Positions 1 through 10,187 of a stretch of DNA of 64,000 bases are shown piece after piece. The notes under the pieces are model-generated. The model was not told the origin of the DNA. It saw nothing but the letters and a program-made list of their open reading frames with translations, and did not search any database. The stretch lies in sequence record MH383160.1; one strand, 5' to 3'. How positions within the stretch are numbered: position 1 is the first letter of the stretch; the number at the start of each line of letters is the position of its first letter. A program made the translations under genes and the position numbers.

Positions 1-207
1 GGTCTAATCGGTGGTGGTAAAGCATCTTCAGTATACATTTATGTAAAACAAGATGCAACAGGTAATAGAAACTTTACTACTGATGGTACTTATGCGGTTG
101 TTGATGGAACTCTAAACAAAGCTGCTGGTAGTGTGACCATTTACCAAGTCATTTATGACGGTGTTAGTCCAGTAGCAGATATGTTTATTGCACAACGTAC
201 AGCTTAA
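1..207 (+). CDS. 3' end of a tail fibre/structural protein (truncated by window edge)
   Basis: Frame 1 open from base 1 to TAA at 205-207 (GLIGGGKASSVYIYVKQDATGNR...IAQRTA*); the QDATG-type module resembles the C-terminus of 42604..43140. Confidence 0.6.
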   Translation, partial: GLIGGGKASSVYIYVKQDATGNRNFTTDGTYAVVDGTLNKAAGSVTIYQVIYDGVSPVADMFIAQRTA

Positions 208-223
208 TAATTATAATAATAAA

Positions 224-248
224 GGTGTCACTCATTTTGGGTGACACC
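224..248 (+). terminator. stem-loop after partial fibre gene
   Basis: GGTGTCAC-N9-GTGACACC; no strong U tract. Confidence 0.4.
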
Positions 249-271
249 ATCATAACAAGTGAGGTAGTTAT

Positions 272-1051
272 ATGTTCACATATGTGAAAGGAAATTCAAA
301 AGAAAATTATGAATTGGGAAACATTATTTCCAATCCAATTGGTGTAAAAGGACTTAAAGAACGTCCTGGTGCAACACCAGAAGATCCACAAACCTATCGT
401 TATCTTTATAGTGATATTAGAACTCTTTATGGTATTTCAAGTAAAGATGGTTCCCCAGTAGAACCTAATGATGCTGTTAGAAAAGAAGAAGGTTTTTGGT
501 GGTTAGTGTATAAAAATGTTGGAAATGTTAATGCTATTGAACAACCGTTGGAGTTTATTAAATTAAAAGATGAAAATCAACCTATTGTTGAATTTTTTGA
601 AGACGCAACTGAAGAATATAAAGCACTCACTGTTCTCAAAACATATCATTATATTGATATGCCAATTGCAGACGTAAAGGCTGATTTAAAAGCAAGAACT
701 ATATCAGAACGTACAAATCGTATGAATTCTGGTTATATGTTCAACGGTCATCGTTACAGTACTGATATGTCTGGTCGTCAAATGCTTCTTAATTATTATA
801 CACAAGTCACTTCAGGCTCTGAAAGTGTTTCTATTTTTCTTGATGACGCAATTGTAAAATTATCTGCTGCTGAAATGACTCAACTATATACTGAATCATT
901 TGCAATGATTGAACAATTGTTTTCGGAATGTGACAAACAGTGTGCTGCAATTGATGCAGTTGATGATTTAGATCCTGATGCAATTTATAAAGCACAACAA
1001 GCTGCAATTTGGGTATATGAAGGTATTGATATTCCTGAACGTATACGTTAA
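272..1051 (+). CDS. tail fibre assembly-associated protein (DUF4376-like C-terminus)
   Basis: GAGG SD; C-terminal helical region (ERTNRMNSGYMFNGHRYSTD...) typical of fibre chaperone-type genes; located between fibre genes. Confidence 0.5.
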   Translation: MFTYVKGNSKENYELGNIISNPIGVKGLKERPGATPEDPQTYRYLYSDIRTLYGISSKDGSPVEPNDAVRKEEGFWWLVYKNVGNVNAIEQPLEFIKLKDENQPIVEFFEDATEEYKALTVLKTYHYIDMPIADVKADLKARTISERTNRMNSGYMFNGHRYSTDMSGRQMLLNYYTQVTSGSESVSIFLDDAIVKLSAAEMTQLYTESFAMIEQLFSECDKQCAAIDAVDDLDPDAIYKAQQAAIWVYEGIDIPERIR

Positions 1052-1057
1052 TTAATA

Positions 1058-1083
1058 AAGGTCAACTATTGTTGACCTTTTTT
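1058..1083 (+). terminator. intrinsic terminator
   Basis: AAGGTCAAC-TATT-GTTGACCTT followed by T run. Confidence 0.8.
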
Positions 1084-1105
1084 GTTTCATTATAAGGAAA
1101 AATAT

Positions 1106-2473
1106 ATGTATAATATAAGAACAGATATTATTGTAAATGGTGATATTAGTTATGACGGAGAACTAATAGGCAAGATACCAGTGCCTGATATTAGTACTAA
1201 AAATAAAAATATTTTAATTCATGAAAGTGATGGTTTATATGTTCCAGATAACACTATTATCTATCAAGGTGGAACTGGTATATCAATATCCTCTAATTTA
1301 ATATCCACAAAAATAAGTTCAACACAAGGAAATATTCTTAGTAATGATTCTAATGGTTTATATGTACCTGATAATACAGTAACATATACAGGTAGTGACA
1401 GTATTAAAATAGATAATAATATTATATCATCAAAAATAAGCACATCTTTAGGAAATATCCTTACAACTGATAGTACTGGTCTATTCGTACCGGATAATTC
1501 GATAACTTACAATGCTGGTACTGGCATTACTATTAGTGATGATGTAATAAGTGTGAAGGTTGACCCGACATCAGAAAACATACTATCTTCTACAAGTAAT
1601 GGTCTATTCGTACCTGATAATTCAGTATCTTATAGTGCTGGTTCCGGTGTTTCTATCAGTGGTGAAGTAATCAGTACTAAAATTAGTTCTACTTCTGGTA
1701 ATATACTATCTACTGACAGTACTGGATTATTTGTACCTAATACAAGAATAAATTACGTTGGTGGTACTGGTATATCTATTAGTTCAGAAACAATTTCAAC
1801 TAAAATAAGCACAACTCCAGGAAATACGTTAACAACTGACGTAAATGGGTTGTATGTTCCAACTGGACCATCCTCATATACTGCGGGAAATGGTATATCT
1901 ATTGACGCTAATGTAATTTCATCTAAAATCAGTAATACCTCTGGTAATATATTAACATCAGATAGTACTGGACTTTTTGTCAATGGAGCAAATACTACTA
2001 ACTTAGTACGCAGAAAAAGAGAACTATACTATTCAAATTTAAATGTTGAATTTAATGATGGCATTGAACAGAATCTAATACAAATTCTTAAAACACATAC
2101 ACCAACCAGCGGAACTCTTGATAGTTTCTTTAATACAACAAGTAATAAGTTAAATGTTTATAATTTTAATTCATCTCTAAACTTTAAATTAAATATATAT
2201 GGAACATGGACAACAAGTTCTTCTAATATGAGTTTTTCTATTAATTTCACAAATACACAATTTAACGTTATTAACCAAGTTAGAACTCCATCAGTCACTG
2301 TTGATACAATGTCTTTTAATACGTTTTTAAGCGTTGATGAAAACGGAAACTTAGTAACTAACGGTTCACCTATTACACTGGTTTCTCATGGTGGAAAATT
2401 CACAGTTACTAACTTGTTATTAATTGCTGAACAAATCGTTCCACCTTCATTGAGTAGTGTTTCTGTTGTTTAA
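1106..2473 (+). CDS. fibre protein with six 41-aa repeats and a C-terminal Sf6-type tail-needle knob domain
   Basis: Start moved to ATG 1106 (AAGGA SD); repeats GL(Y/F)VP...GNIL; C-terminus RRKRELYY...NGNLVTNGS...LLLIAEQ recognised as the Sf6/HS1 needle-knob pattern. Confidence 0.7.
   Translation: MYNIRTDIIVNGDISYDGELIGKIPVPDISTKNKNILIHESDGLYVPDNTIIYQGGTGISISSNLISTKISSTQGNILSNDSNGLYVPDNTVTYTGSDSIKIDNNIISSKISTSLGNILTTDSTGLFVPDNSITYNAGTGITISDDVISVKVDPTSENILSSTSNGLFVPDNSVSYSAGSGVSISGEVISTKISSTSGNILSTDSTGLFVPNTRINYVGGTGISISSETISTKISTTPGNTLTTDVNGLYVPTGPSSYTAGNGISIDANVISSKISNTSGNILTSDSTGLFVNGANTTNLVRRKRELYYSNLNVEFNDGIEQNLIQILKTHTPTSGTLDSFFNTTSNKLNVYNFNSSLNFKLNIYGTWTTSSSNMSFSINFTNTQFNVINQVRTPSVTVDTMSFNTFLSVDENGNLVTNGSPITLVSHGGKFTVTNLLLIAEQIVPPSLSSVSVV
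1232..1969 (+). repeat. six tandem 123-bp (41-aa) coding repeats
   Basis: GGT(T/C)TAT..GT.CC recurs at 1232, 1355, 1478 and onward with 123-bp period. Confidence 0.9.
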
Positions 2474-2482
2474 TAAAATATT

Positions 2483-2512
2483 AAGGCCAAACCTATGCTT
2501 GGCCTTTTCTTT
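2483..2512 (+). terminator. intrinsic terminator
   Basis: AAGGCCAA-N8-TTGGCCTT followed by T-rich tract. Confidence 0.75.
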
Positions 2513-2521
2513 TAACTAAAA

Positions 2522-2527
2522 TAAATA
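2522..2527 (+). promoter_or_regulatory. putative late promoter (TAAATA)
   Basis: TAAATA 35 nt upstream of the 2562 start; same motif precedes most structural genes. Confidence 0.5.
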
Positions 2528-2561
2528 CATCATATATAATCTATTCTGAGGAAATATTTAA

Positions 2562-4526
2562 ATGAGTATAAATCGAATTAGAGGTGATGGTGGTGTAATT
2601 ATTGATAGTAAATCTTTTTTAGAGTTACCGAAAGCACCATCAAAAGAAACCGCTGATGTAATAAGATCAGGGATGATTAGATACAATAAAGAATGGAAAT
2701 CATTTGAAGGTGTTCTGGATTTTGAAGATGGTAGTATGGCATATCGACGTTTTGCAAACCTAGATGCAAACGGTAAACTTCTTACTTCCCAATTACCAGA
2801 TTCAGTAACTAGTGGTTTACAATTTGTTGGTACATATAATCCCATCCCAGATGATATTGATCCACCTTTAGCACAAACTCCACTACCAGCACCAGCAGCA
2901 TCACTAAATGGTGATTATTATGTTGTTCGTGGTATTATGGATGCCGCACAAGCCCATTATGAAGCAAATAATCCACAAACAAGTCCTGTTACATTTACAC
3001 CTACAAATCCAACTGGACAAGGTAATTGGATTGAAATTTTATATTATGTTGACTCTAATCCAAATATATCTGGTGCTAAACTAGTAACATACGCTTTTGC
3101 TAGAATTATTACTGCATCTATTCCTAGTACTGGACATGATGGCCTTGAAAATTTAGCAACAGATACTGACTTGACCAAACCATTCGCATCTGGTGTTCCA
3201 ATGAACCAAACTGCACTTTCAGATGGCGATTGGATTATTATAACTGAAGATAAGAATATACGTCTTCGTCAGTCAAGAACAAGCATTTCCGCTGCTTCAG
3301 TATTATATGACAATACTGTAATGATTGCAAATCATCGTCAATTTAGGACAAACGCAGGGACCGTACAAACATCCATAGATAACGTTGTGATTGAGTGTTT
3401 ACGTAGAACTGGTGATTCTATGTATAATGATGGAACAGACGGCTCTGGACGTTTTGGGGTGGTGTATGGAAGTGCAGCAGCACCAGCATTGACATTTAAT
3501 AATAATCCGTTTGACCCAACGAATAACCCAGGTAATGACCCAGCTAAGTGGTCCGATGCTAATACTGGTATATTTCATCCAGCCGATGACGCAATTGGGT
3601 TCAGTACTGCTGGTACAGAACGTGTTCGAATTAATAATTCAACACTAACATTATATCAATCAACATCAACACCTGCATCAACACCAGTGCTAAGATTTGA
3701 TAATGCAACTAATACTAATGTGGGATTAAGTGCTAGTAGTAATATTATTTCATTTAGTTCAATGAATAAAGTTCAAGTTGAATTTAAAAATGGCGAAAGT
3801 GCGTTTCATGGTAATATTGTTGTTGATGGTACAAGTACATTAACTGGGGATACATCAGCTAGTAATATAACTGCTAGTGGTAATTTAAACATTCAAGGTA
3901 ATACCACATTAGGTGATGCTGCATCAGATACCATTACAGTTAATGGTGTTAGTACTTTTACAGCTAATACTAATTTTAATGGAACAACTAATAAATTTAA
4001 AAATATAAATCTATTAGCTAATGGTATAATTACATTAGAAAGTACTACTAATCAAAGTACAATCCAATTAGTTAGTTCTGATTTAAAACTATCAATGGGT
4101 AATTATGCTGATGTAAGTATCTATGATAATGGAACTATAAGAACACGTTTTAATAGATATGGTATCCAATTACCAGTACTAGCTACTATTGATAACTCTG
4201 TTGGCGTTGATGGTATGATTGCATACTCCAATACCGAGCGTACTTCAATGCAAAAAGTTCAAGGTCAATGGGTTCCAATTGGTTCAGGTTCAGTGAGAAC
4301 CGATGCTTTTACCATTTCATCTTGGGTATTAAGTGGTAACTACTACACCCTTACTGTAACAGCCTCAAACATCGTCACAGCAGAGATACAGGAACAGGTT
4401 AGTCCTGGTGTCTATACTCGTGTTGAGGTCGATAGCGTGACGTTTAACGGCACTAACGTAGTGTTCAGTATACCTTCAACACCTGATGTACGTTTCGACG
4501 GAAGAACATTGGTAACAATTAGATAA
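2562..4526 (+). CDS. virion structural protein (tail fibre/baseplate-associated)
   Basis: GAGGA SD; G/T/N/S-rich beta-repeat composition; GMIRYN motif; late-promoter motif. Confidence 0.55.
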   Translation: MSINRIRGDGGVIIDSKSFLELPKAPSKETADVIRSGMIRYNKEWKSFEGVLDFEDGSMAYRRFANLDANGKLLTSQLPDSVTSGLQFVGTYNPIPDDIDPPLAQTPLPAPAASLNGDYYVVRGIMDAAQAHYEANNPQTSPVTFTPTNPTGQGNWIEILYYVDSNPNISGAKLVTYAFARIITASIPSTGHDGLENLATDTDLTKPFASGVPMNQTALSDGDWIIITEDKNIRLRQSRTSISAASVLYDNTVMIANHRQFRTNAGTVQTSIDNVVIECLRRTGDSMYNDGTDGSGRFGVVYGSAAAPALTFNNNPFDPTNNPGNDPAKWSDANTGIFHPADDAIGFSTAGTERVRINNSTLTLYQSTSTPASTPVLRFDNATNTNVGLSASSNIISFSSMNKVQVEFKNGESAFHGNIVVDGTSTLTGDTSASNITASGNLNIQGNTTLGDAASDTITVNGVSTFTANTNFNGTTNKFKNINLLANGIITLESTTNQSTIQLVSSDLKLSMGNYADVSIYDNGTIRTRFNRYGIQLPVLATIDNSVGVDGMIAYSNTERTSMQKVQGQWVPIGSGSVRTDAFTISSWVLSGNYYTLTVTASNIVTAEIQEQVSPGVYTRVEVDSVTFNGTNVVFSIPSTPDVRFDGRTLVTIR

Positions 4527-4530
4527 TAAA

Positions 4531-4556
4531 AAAGGGAGAACATCAGTTCTCCCTTT
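4531..4556. terminator. bidirectional terminator between convergent genes
   Basis: AAAGGGAGAAC-ATCA-GTTCTCCCTTT with A run before and T run after. Confidence 0.85.
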
Positions 4557-4560
4557 TCTT

Positions 4561-5490
4561 TTATACAGCCATCGGTGCTTTAATTGTTGGCATTGGATTG
4601 TAATTCACTAATTTGAAAGAATCCATTGTGAAATCTTCAATATTAGTAATTTTAGGATCAAGCCATAATTCAGGTAATTCACGAGGTTTTCTCTGTAGTT
4701 GTTCTTTTACTTGTTCAACGTGGTTTTTATAAATGTGGCAATCACCACCATTCCAAATAAATTCACCAACATCTAAACCAGTAATTTGTGCAATCATATG
4801 AGTTAGTAGTGAATAACTACTGATATTAAATGGAACTCCCAAAAATAGATCAGCGGATCTTTGATGTAGAATGCAGCTTAGTTTCCCTTGTACTACACAA
4901 AATTGTACAAAGCTATGACAAGGTGGCAACGTCATATCATCAAGCTCACCAACGTTCCATGCACTTAGAATATGGCGACGACCATATGGATCGGAATTTA
5001 TACCATTGATTAGTTCCTGTAATTGGTCAGTTGTACGTTTCATAACAACACCATGTGAACCAGTATAATCGATAACTTTGTATCCTTTATCTTTTAATTC
5101 TTGAATTTCTTCAGTACTGGAACTAAATTTATAATCTTCCCATTCACGCCATTGCTTACCATACACTGGACCTAACTCACCATCAGTATAACCAAGAGCA
5201 ACGCCTTGATTTAGGTAATTATCTGTCCAAATAGTTTTCTTTTCTGTATCACGAGTTCCATGCAAAATTTCACAAAGGCGACGCTCATCATGGGAACCTT
5301 CAATAAACCATAGTAATTCTGAAGTCATTGCTTTCCAAGCTAGACGTTTTGTCGTTACTGCTGGGAAACCATCTTTAAGGTCAAAACGCATTTGTTGACC
5401 GATAAGTTTGATTGTTCCAACACCAGTACGGTCAACGCTTTCTACGCCTTCATCTAGAATTTTTTGATATAGTTCTTGTAGTTGTTTCAT
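4561..5490 (-). CDS. thyA: thymidylate synthase
   Basis: DRTGVGT, LPPCH catalytic Cys, QRSADLFLGVPFN, GDCHIYKNH motifs. Confidence 0.97.
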   Translation of the reverse strand: MKQLQELYQKILDEGVESVDRTGVGTIKLIGQQMRFDLKDGFPAVTTKRLAWKAMTSELLWFIEGSHDERRLCEILHGTRDTEKKTIWTDNYLNQGVALGYTDGELGPVYGKQWREWEDYKFSSSTEEIQELKDKGYKVIDYTGSHGVVMKRTTDQLQELINGINSDPYGRRHILSAWNVGELDDMTLPPCHSFVQFCVVQGKLSCILHQRSADLFLGVPFNISSYSLLTHMIAQITGLDVGEFIWNGGDCHIYKNHVEQVKEQLQRKPRELPELWLDPKITNIEDFTMDSFKLVNYNPMPTIKAPMAV

Positions 5491-6083
5491 TATTCTTCCT
5501 TGAAAAATGTAATAAAATGTTCCATATGTTTTTCTGTGGCATTGCGTGAACCAATACCAGTCCAGTTACCATGTGGTGCTGGAACGACGAATGTTTGTGC
5601 GAACTCTTTCAGTACTGTATCGAAATAAAATACTGAACGTGAATTCATATCATAACAATAAATTTCAGGATTTTCAACTGAATCCATATACATCTGTACT
5701 GCCCATGCAGTACCACCACTTACCTTAGTTGGTGATGTGATATTTGCAATACAATATATTCTTTCTGTATTAAGTATCTGATAACTATTCCTTGCAAGTA
5801 AGTTGTAAACATAAGAACCAGGCTTTGGCACTTTTCGCTGCAACGAGTAACATGCAATGTTTAGTTGATTTAATATAGAAATATCAGATAGAATATTGGA
5901 TGGTATTTCTAATATAGTACTTTCATCTACACTATGCTCATGACCTTTGAATGAAAAATTAATAACTTCAAATCCATTATTTTTTGCATAGATAGAAAAA
6001 AGGCGGTCAGCACCTGCTGCCCCGCCACTAAAACATACATTAGATAAACCTTTAATTGCTTCATCTAATTCATTCTTTTTCAT
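5490..6083 (-). CDS. SLOG-superfamily (YpsA/DprA-like) nucleotide-binding protein
   Basis: FSGGAAGAD glycine loop, SGGTAWAV and WTGIGSR motifs. Confidence 0.55.
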   Translation of the reverse strand: MKKNELDEAIKGLSNVCFSGGAAGADRLFSIYAKNNGFEVINFSFKGHEHSVDESTILEIPSNILSDISILNQLNIACYSLQRKVPKPGSYVYNLLARNSYQILNTERIYCIANITSPTKVSGGTAWAVQMYMDSVENPEIYCYDMNSRSVFYFDTVLKEFAQTFVVPAPHGNWTGIGSRNATEKHMEHFITFFKEE

Positions 6084-6086
6084 ATT

Positions 6087-6743
6087 TTATTTTGCTTTAC
6101 GTTCTGCAAATAGTTGTTTTACTTTCTCAATAGCTTTAGTCTGTGAAATACCTTCTGGAATTTCTAGATAAATTGTTTTACTATCTTTCGGTTGTTCAAC
6201 TACTTGTGTTTGCGGACGCAAGCTTGGCTCTAAATTGTATGCACGTTCATAATGTTCTTTAGCCAGTTGTTCAAATTTTTGTGCATCAGAGAGAAGTTTT
6301 TCTACAATAGTAGCTTCTTCTACTTTAGTGTCTGCTTCTTGTGGATTGAATGGGTTAAAGTCTTTTACTTTACCATCTTCTTGTACTTTCGCTTGATTCT
6401 CATCTAATGCTTTGTTTAGAACATCAAGAGAAATTTTATTATTACCACCAGTGTGCATATCAATGTCACAAGTACGAACGCGACGTAGATGCTGCATGTT
6501 GTGTAGAACATCTAGCATTTTGCGTCCATCGAGATAACCAATTTTATGCATTACTTCCCACAAATCAATATTAGATTGACCATGACCCATAACAATATCA
6601 GTTACTGCGTGTACATATGCTTCTGGTAGTGAATCACGATAAACGATAAGGCAGTGTTCAGGATCATCTGGTAGTGAACGCCAAACAACAAAAACACGAG
6701 AACCTGTATTACGCATTACACCAACATGACGAATAGCTGCCAT
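6087..6743 (-). CDS. hypothetical protein
   Basis: 218-aa ORF packed in operon, GGAG SD. Confidence 0.75.
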   Translation of the reverse strand: MAAIRHVGVMRNTGSRVFVVWRSLPDDPEHCLIVYRDSLPEAYVHAVTDIVMGHGQSNIDLWEVMHKIGYLDGRKMLDVLHNMQHLRRVRTCDIDMHTGGNNKISLDVLNKALDENQAKVQEDGKVKDFNPFNPQEADTKVEEATIVEKLLSDAQKFEQLAKEHYERAYNLEPSLRPQTQVVEQPKDSKTIYLEIPEGISQTKAIEKVKQLFAERKAK

Positions 6744-6745
6744 AA

Positions 6746-7006
6746 TTATTCTCCTTTATCTTCTTGAGTTTCACTATCTTGTGATTCAGCTTCTTCTTTA
6801 GCTGCATCTTCTTGTGCTTTAATATCTTCAAGAGCTACATTTGCAAAAGAAACAAATTTAGATACAACTGGAGCAACCTCAACAAGTTCTTCAACTTTAA
6901 AGGTGTTTCGTGCAACAGCAGCTTCCATGATTTTTGCAGCATTGATTAGGTCTAGAAGGGTTAGTTGAATTTGATTATTTTCTTGTTCCATTTTAATACT
7001 CTCCAT
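6746..7006 (-). CDS. hypothetical acidic protein
   Basis: 86-aa ORF directly below the GGGACA promoter. Confidence 0.7.
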   Translation of the reverse strand: MESIKMEQENNQIQLTLLDLINAAKIMEAAVARNTFKVEELVEVAPVVSKFVSFANVALEDIKAQEDAAKEEAESQDSETQEDKGE

Positions 7007-7025
7007 GTATATTGGTACATTAACT

Positions 7026-7053
7026 ATTATATCATATTTTTATAAGTTGTCCC
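7026..7053 (-). promoter_or_regulatory. GGGACA-N16-TATAAT promoter (TG-extended -10)
   Basis: Minus strand TGGGACAACTTATAAAAATATGATATAAT. Confidence 0.65.
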
Positions 7054-7066
7054 ACTTATAAAAGAA

Positions 7067-7088
7067 GAGAACGGAATTTTCCGTTCTC
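7067..7088 (-). terminator. intrinsic terminator
   Basis: GAGAACGGAA-TT-TTCCGTTCTC preceded by A-rich tract on + strand. Confidence 0.75.
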
Positions 7089-7100
7089 ATTATTTAGTAC

Positions 7101-8525
7101 TTAACTACGTTGACGCTTTTTATCAGCTTCATATTCGTAGTGTACAGTCTCACCAAATGGTGCAACTTTATTTGGGTTACTGTGAATCACGAACAGTGTT
7201 TTACAGTAGTTTGGATCACCCCATGACTGCCACGGTTCACCATCAGTAAACATTACAAGCTGTTTAGGCTTGTAGTTGTCGTTCTTCATATGAACCCATA
7301 CTGCTTCAAAGTCAGTACCACCACCACCTTTTACTGGATATTCCAGAATCTTACGTTCTTCGCCAGTTTTGTAATCCTTTACAGTATAAACTTCAGTATC
7401 AAAAGTCATGATACGAATCTTAAACTGTTTGAATTGTTTAGTGATGCCAAGAACTTCACTAATGAAATCACGAAGCATATCTTCAGAAATAGACCCAGAA
7501 GCATCTAGTGCAATCGCAATATCAATATCATCATCTGGTTTCATCCCTGGGTAAATTGGATTACCATAGAATGAACCATTAGAACCAAAACCTGCACCCC
7601 AAGAACGACGATTCGGATTTTGATATGTTGCATCAGACTTCAACCAACTACGAAGTGTACGTTGAAGTTTTGAACGCCAGTCAATCTTTGGTTCTTTAAA
7701 GTTGTTAATCATACGAGCGATTTCTGCTGGTGTACCACCTGCACGAGCAGCATTCATCATTGCTGTTTTGAAATCATCCATGTAATCACGTTTTTGCTGT
7801 TCACTTGAACCACCCTCTTGACCTTCTTGTGGGACGTCATGCTGGTCAATGGTAGTACCTTTTGGTTTACCCTTACCATCTTTAATATCGCCAAAAGTAC
7901 CGCGATTTTTACCTTCACCTTCACCGCCGCCACTTTGTGGTTGACCTTCACCTTCACCATCTTCTTTTTGTTCTTCTTCTTCAAGAAGAATGTAAATCTC
8001 TTCTGCGGTCATGCCTTCATATTTTTTATCATACAACCATGAACTTTGGATTTTCCCAATTTTCTCACGAACGATGATTTGGTTAATGGCATAATCCGCT
8101 GCACGGTTATAACGTTGTGGATCACGCATACCACGACGAAGGAAGTGATCGTAAGCACAGTGTAGAATTTCATGACAAATTACAGCAACAAGGTTTTCAT
8201 CAGTCAAACCTTCAGTCATTTCTTTTAATTGTTCGTCTGTAACTTCAGGGTGCTTTTCACGAATAGCTTCTTCATATTCTTTCTTTTTAGATGGGTCTTG
8301 AATGCCCATTACAAATTCTACGTTGTAGAATAGATGTTTACCATCCACTGCTAGAGTACGACACCATGTATTATTAGGAACTGGACGTAAACGTGAAGCG
8401 AGTACACCAAAGAATGGTGCAGTTAACATCAAAGATGTACGAGCCAGAACCAGACGTTCTTGACATTCTTTCTGGAGTGCCGGAGATACTTCATTGAATC
8501 TTGAAGTAGATTTGTTATCTGACAT
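7101..8525 (-). CDS. DUF2201-type putative metallopeptidase fused to a VWA domain
   Basis: CHEILH zinc motif; acidic/Gly linker; MIDAS DASGS, GGGT and FTDG. Confidence 0.85.
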   Translation of the reverse strand: MSDNKSTSRFNEVSPALQKECQERLVLARTSLMLTAPFFGVLASRLRPVPNNTWCRTLAVDGKHLFYNVEFVMGIQDPSKKKEYEEAIREKHPEVTDEQLKEMTEGLTDENLVAVICHEILHCAYDHFLRRGMRDPQRYNRAADYAINQIIVREKIGKIQSSWLYDKKYEGMTAEEIYILLEEEEQKEDGEGEGQPQSGGGEGEGKNRGTFGDIKDGKGKPKGTTIDQHDVPQEGQEGGSSEQQKRDYMDDFKTAMMNAARAGGTPAEIARMINNFKEPKIDWRSKLQRTLRSWLKSDATYQNPNRRSWGAGFGSNGSFYGNPIYPGMKPDDDIDIAIALDASGSISEDMLRDFISEVLGITKQFKQFKIRIMTFDTEVYTVKDYKTGEERKILEYPVKGGGGTDFEAVWVHMKNDNYKPKQLVMFTDGEPWQSWGDPNYCKTLFVIHSNPNKVAPFGETVHYEYEADKKRQRS

Positions 8526-8552
8526 GTATATTTCCTCGTTTAGTTAAGATAA

Positions 8553-8580
8553 AAGAAGGATACCATTAGGCATCCTTCTT
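8553..8580 (-). terminator. stem-loop between ATPase and VWA genes
   Basis: AAGAAGGAT-N10-ATCCTTCTT. Confidence 0.55.
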
Positions 8581-8599
8581 GTCAACAACTCTTTGTTAA

Positions 8600-9925
8600 T
8601 TAGCCAAGAGAGCGTGCTTTACGTACAAGATCAGAGTACTTAGCAATGAAATCTTTAAACGCTGGTACATCTTTAATGGAAATCGCAACCTTATGAAGCG
8701 TGATGGTACGAATTGCCAGTACTGCCAGTTCTGCTTGAGTTGCAGAGAAGTTATGGTCTAGGAAGGTGATGAAGTTGTTACACAGTTTACCCCATTCTTC
8801 CACTGGTAGACGTTGTTCTTGCTTCTCATTGAACAGGTCGATAATTTTATAAACCAAGTTCAGAGTGATAAAGTAGTTCGCAGAAATATCCAGCGTTGCG
8901 TCGATTTCTTTGATTTCACCAGACAGAATAGACATAGTATCTGGTAGTTTAGCAACGTTCTCAACGTACTCAATGTATTCAGTTGCAACACCTTCACCAA
9001 CACGACCAGCAATCATTGCACGGAACACTTCTTTATCAATTGTCTTAGTTTTCTTGAGATCTTCGTAGCGTGCTACTGCTTCCCATGAACGTGGAGAAGT
9101 ACCACCACTGTGAGAAGGATCTTGTGGACTAAGTGTGTTAAAGTACTTAGAACCAGTGTTGTTGATGAACGCAACAGTTGCTGGGTTCAAACGTTTTGCA
9201 ATCGCATAATCGTTAATCCAATCTTGATGATAAGGAATCATCTCAATGTGAGTCATACGGTCACGCAGTGGTGTAGCAAGAGAGAAAGTTACACCGCCAT
9301 CAGTTTCACGGTTACCTGCTGCAAGAATCAGTGCAGTCTTAGGTAGCTTCATCTCACCAACACAACGGTCGAGGATTAGCTGATAAGACGCTGCCTGAAC
9401 AATAGGCATTGCAGAGTTAATTTCGTCAAACAGAATAACACCTTTCCAATCTTCGGACAATTTCAGAACTTTAGGTGCAGCCCATACTACCGCAGTTTCA
9501 GCTACATAATCTTTTGCTTCGGCAAGCTCAGATTCTTTCAGAAGAGAACCGTCAGTTTTACGGAAAAGCTTCTCTGGTACTGGAATACCGCGAAGGTCAC
9601 TTGGTTCGATTTGAGACAAACGGAAATCGATAAAGTTAGTATCTTGGTCGATTAGTTTTGCTTCAAATGCAGCCAGTTCACGGCGTAGCTGATCAGCATT
9701 TTCAGGGTCAGCTTCGATTTGTTGTTTCATGAACTCGATTTTAGCTACGTTATCTTTACGCAGTGGGTAATTTTCATCAGCGTATTGACGAGCGATTGCA
9801 GACTTACCGATACCTGGGCTACCCCAAATCATCAGGCTATCTTGAATCATGTCAGCTAGTGCCATTGCTTCTTTAGCTTTCTTTGGAGTCAGTTTAACGT
9901 TCAGGATATCGTTTTGAGTAGTCAT
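8600..9925 (-). CDS. MoxR-like AAA+ ATPase
   Basis: Walker A GSPGIGKS, Walker B ILFDE, AAGNR sensor, PLRDR, SPRSWE; adjacent VWA gene. Confidence 0.88.
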   Translation of the reverse strand: MTTQNDILNVKLTPKKAKEAMALADMIQDSLMIWGSPGIGKSAIARQYADENYPLRKDNVAKIEFMKQQIEADPENADQLRRELAAFEAKLIDQDTNFIDFRLSQIEPSDLRGIPVPEKLFRKTDGSLLKESELAEAKDYVAETAVVWAAPKVLKLSEDWKGVILFDEINSAMPIVQAASYQLILDRCVGEMKLPKTALILAAGNRETDGGVTFSLATPLRDRMTHIEMIPYHQDWINDYAIAKRLNPATVAFINNTGSKYFNTLSPQDPSHSGGTSPRSWEAVARYEDLKKTKTIDKEVFRAMIAGRVGEGVATEYIEYVENVAKLPDTMSILSGEIKEIDATLDISANYFITLNLVYKIIDLFNEKQEQRLPVEEWGKLCNNFITFLDHNFSATQAELAVLAIRTITLHKVAISIKDVPAFKDFIAKYSDLVRKARSLG

Positions 9926-10094
9926 GTATATATTTCCTTTTGTTGGATAAAATCGTTTAAGTTTCTATTATAGCCAATCCGTGGGCAAAAGTAAAGGAAC
10001 TGTGTTAAAATAATTTAACTTATCAGTTCCTTTGTTACTTCATGAATCATCCGTGTGTTTAAAAGGTAAATCTCTTTGCTGTCTTGATGTGAAC

Positions 10095-10122
10095 ATTATA
10101 TCACATCGTTTCAACTTGTCAA
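10095..10122 (-). promoter_or_regulatory. sigma70-like early promoter (proximal)
   Basis: TTGACA-N16-TATAAT with TG extension. Confidence 0.8.
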
Positions 10123-10187
10123 TCACTTTTTTTCTTTTTTTTCAAACTCACATCTTGTGTCGCTTGAAAACTTTATGTCTGATGCTT

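Noticed and set aside
4561-5490. thyA as a base-modifying hydroxymethylase that might explain the AGTACT signature
   Set aside because: It retains the dUMP-specifying Asn in GVPFN and all standard ThyA motifs, so it looks like an ordinary thymidylate synthase.
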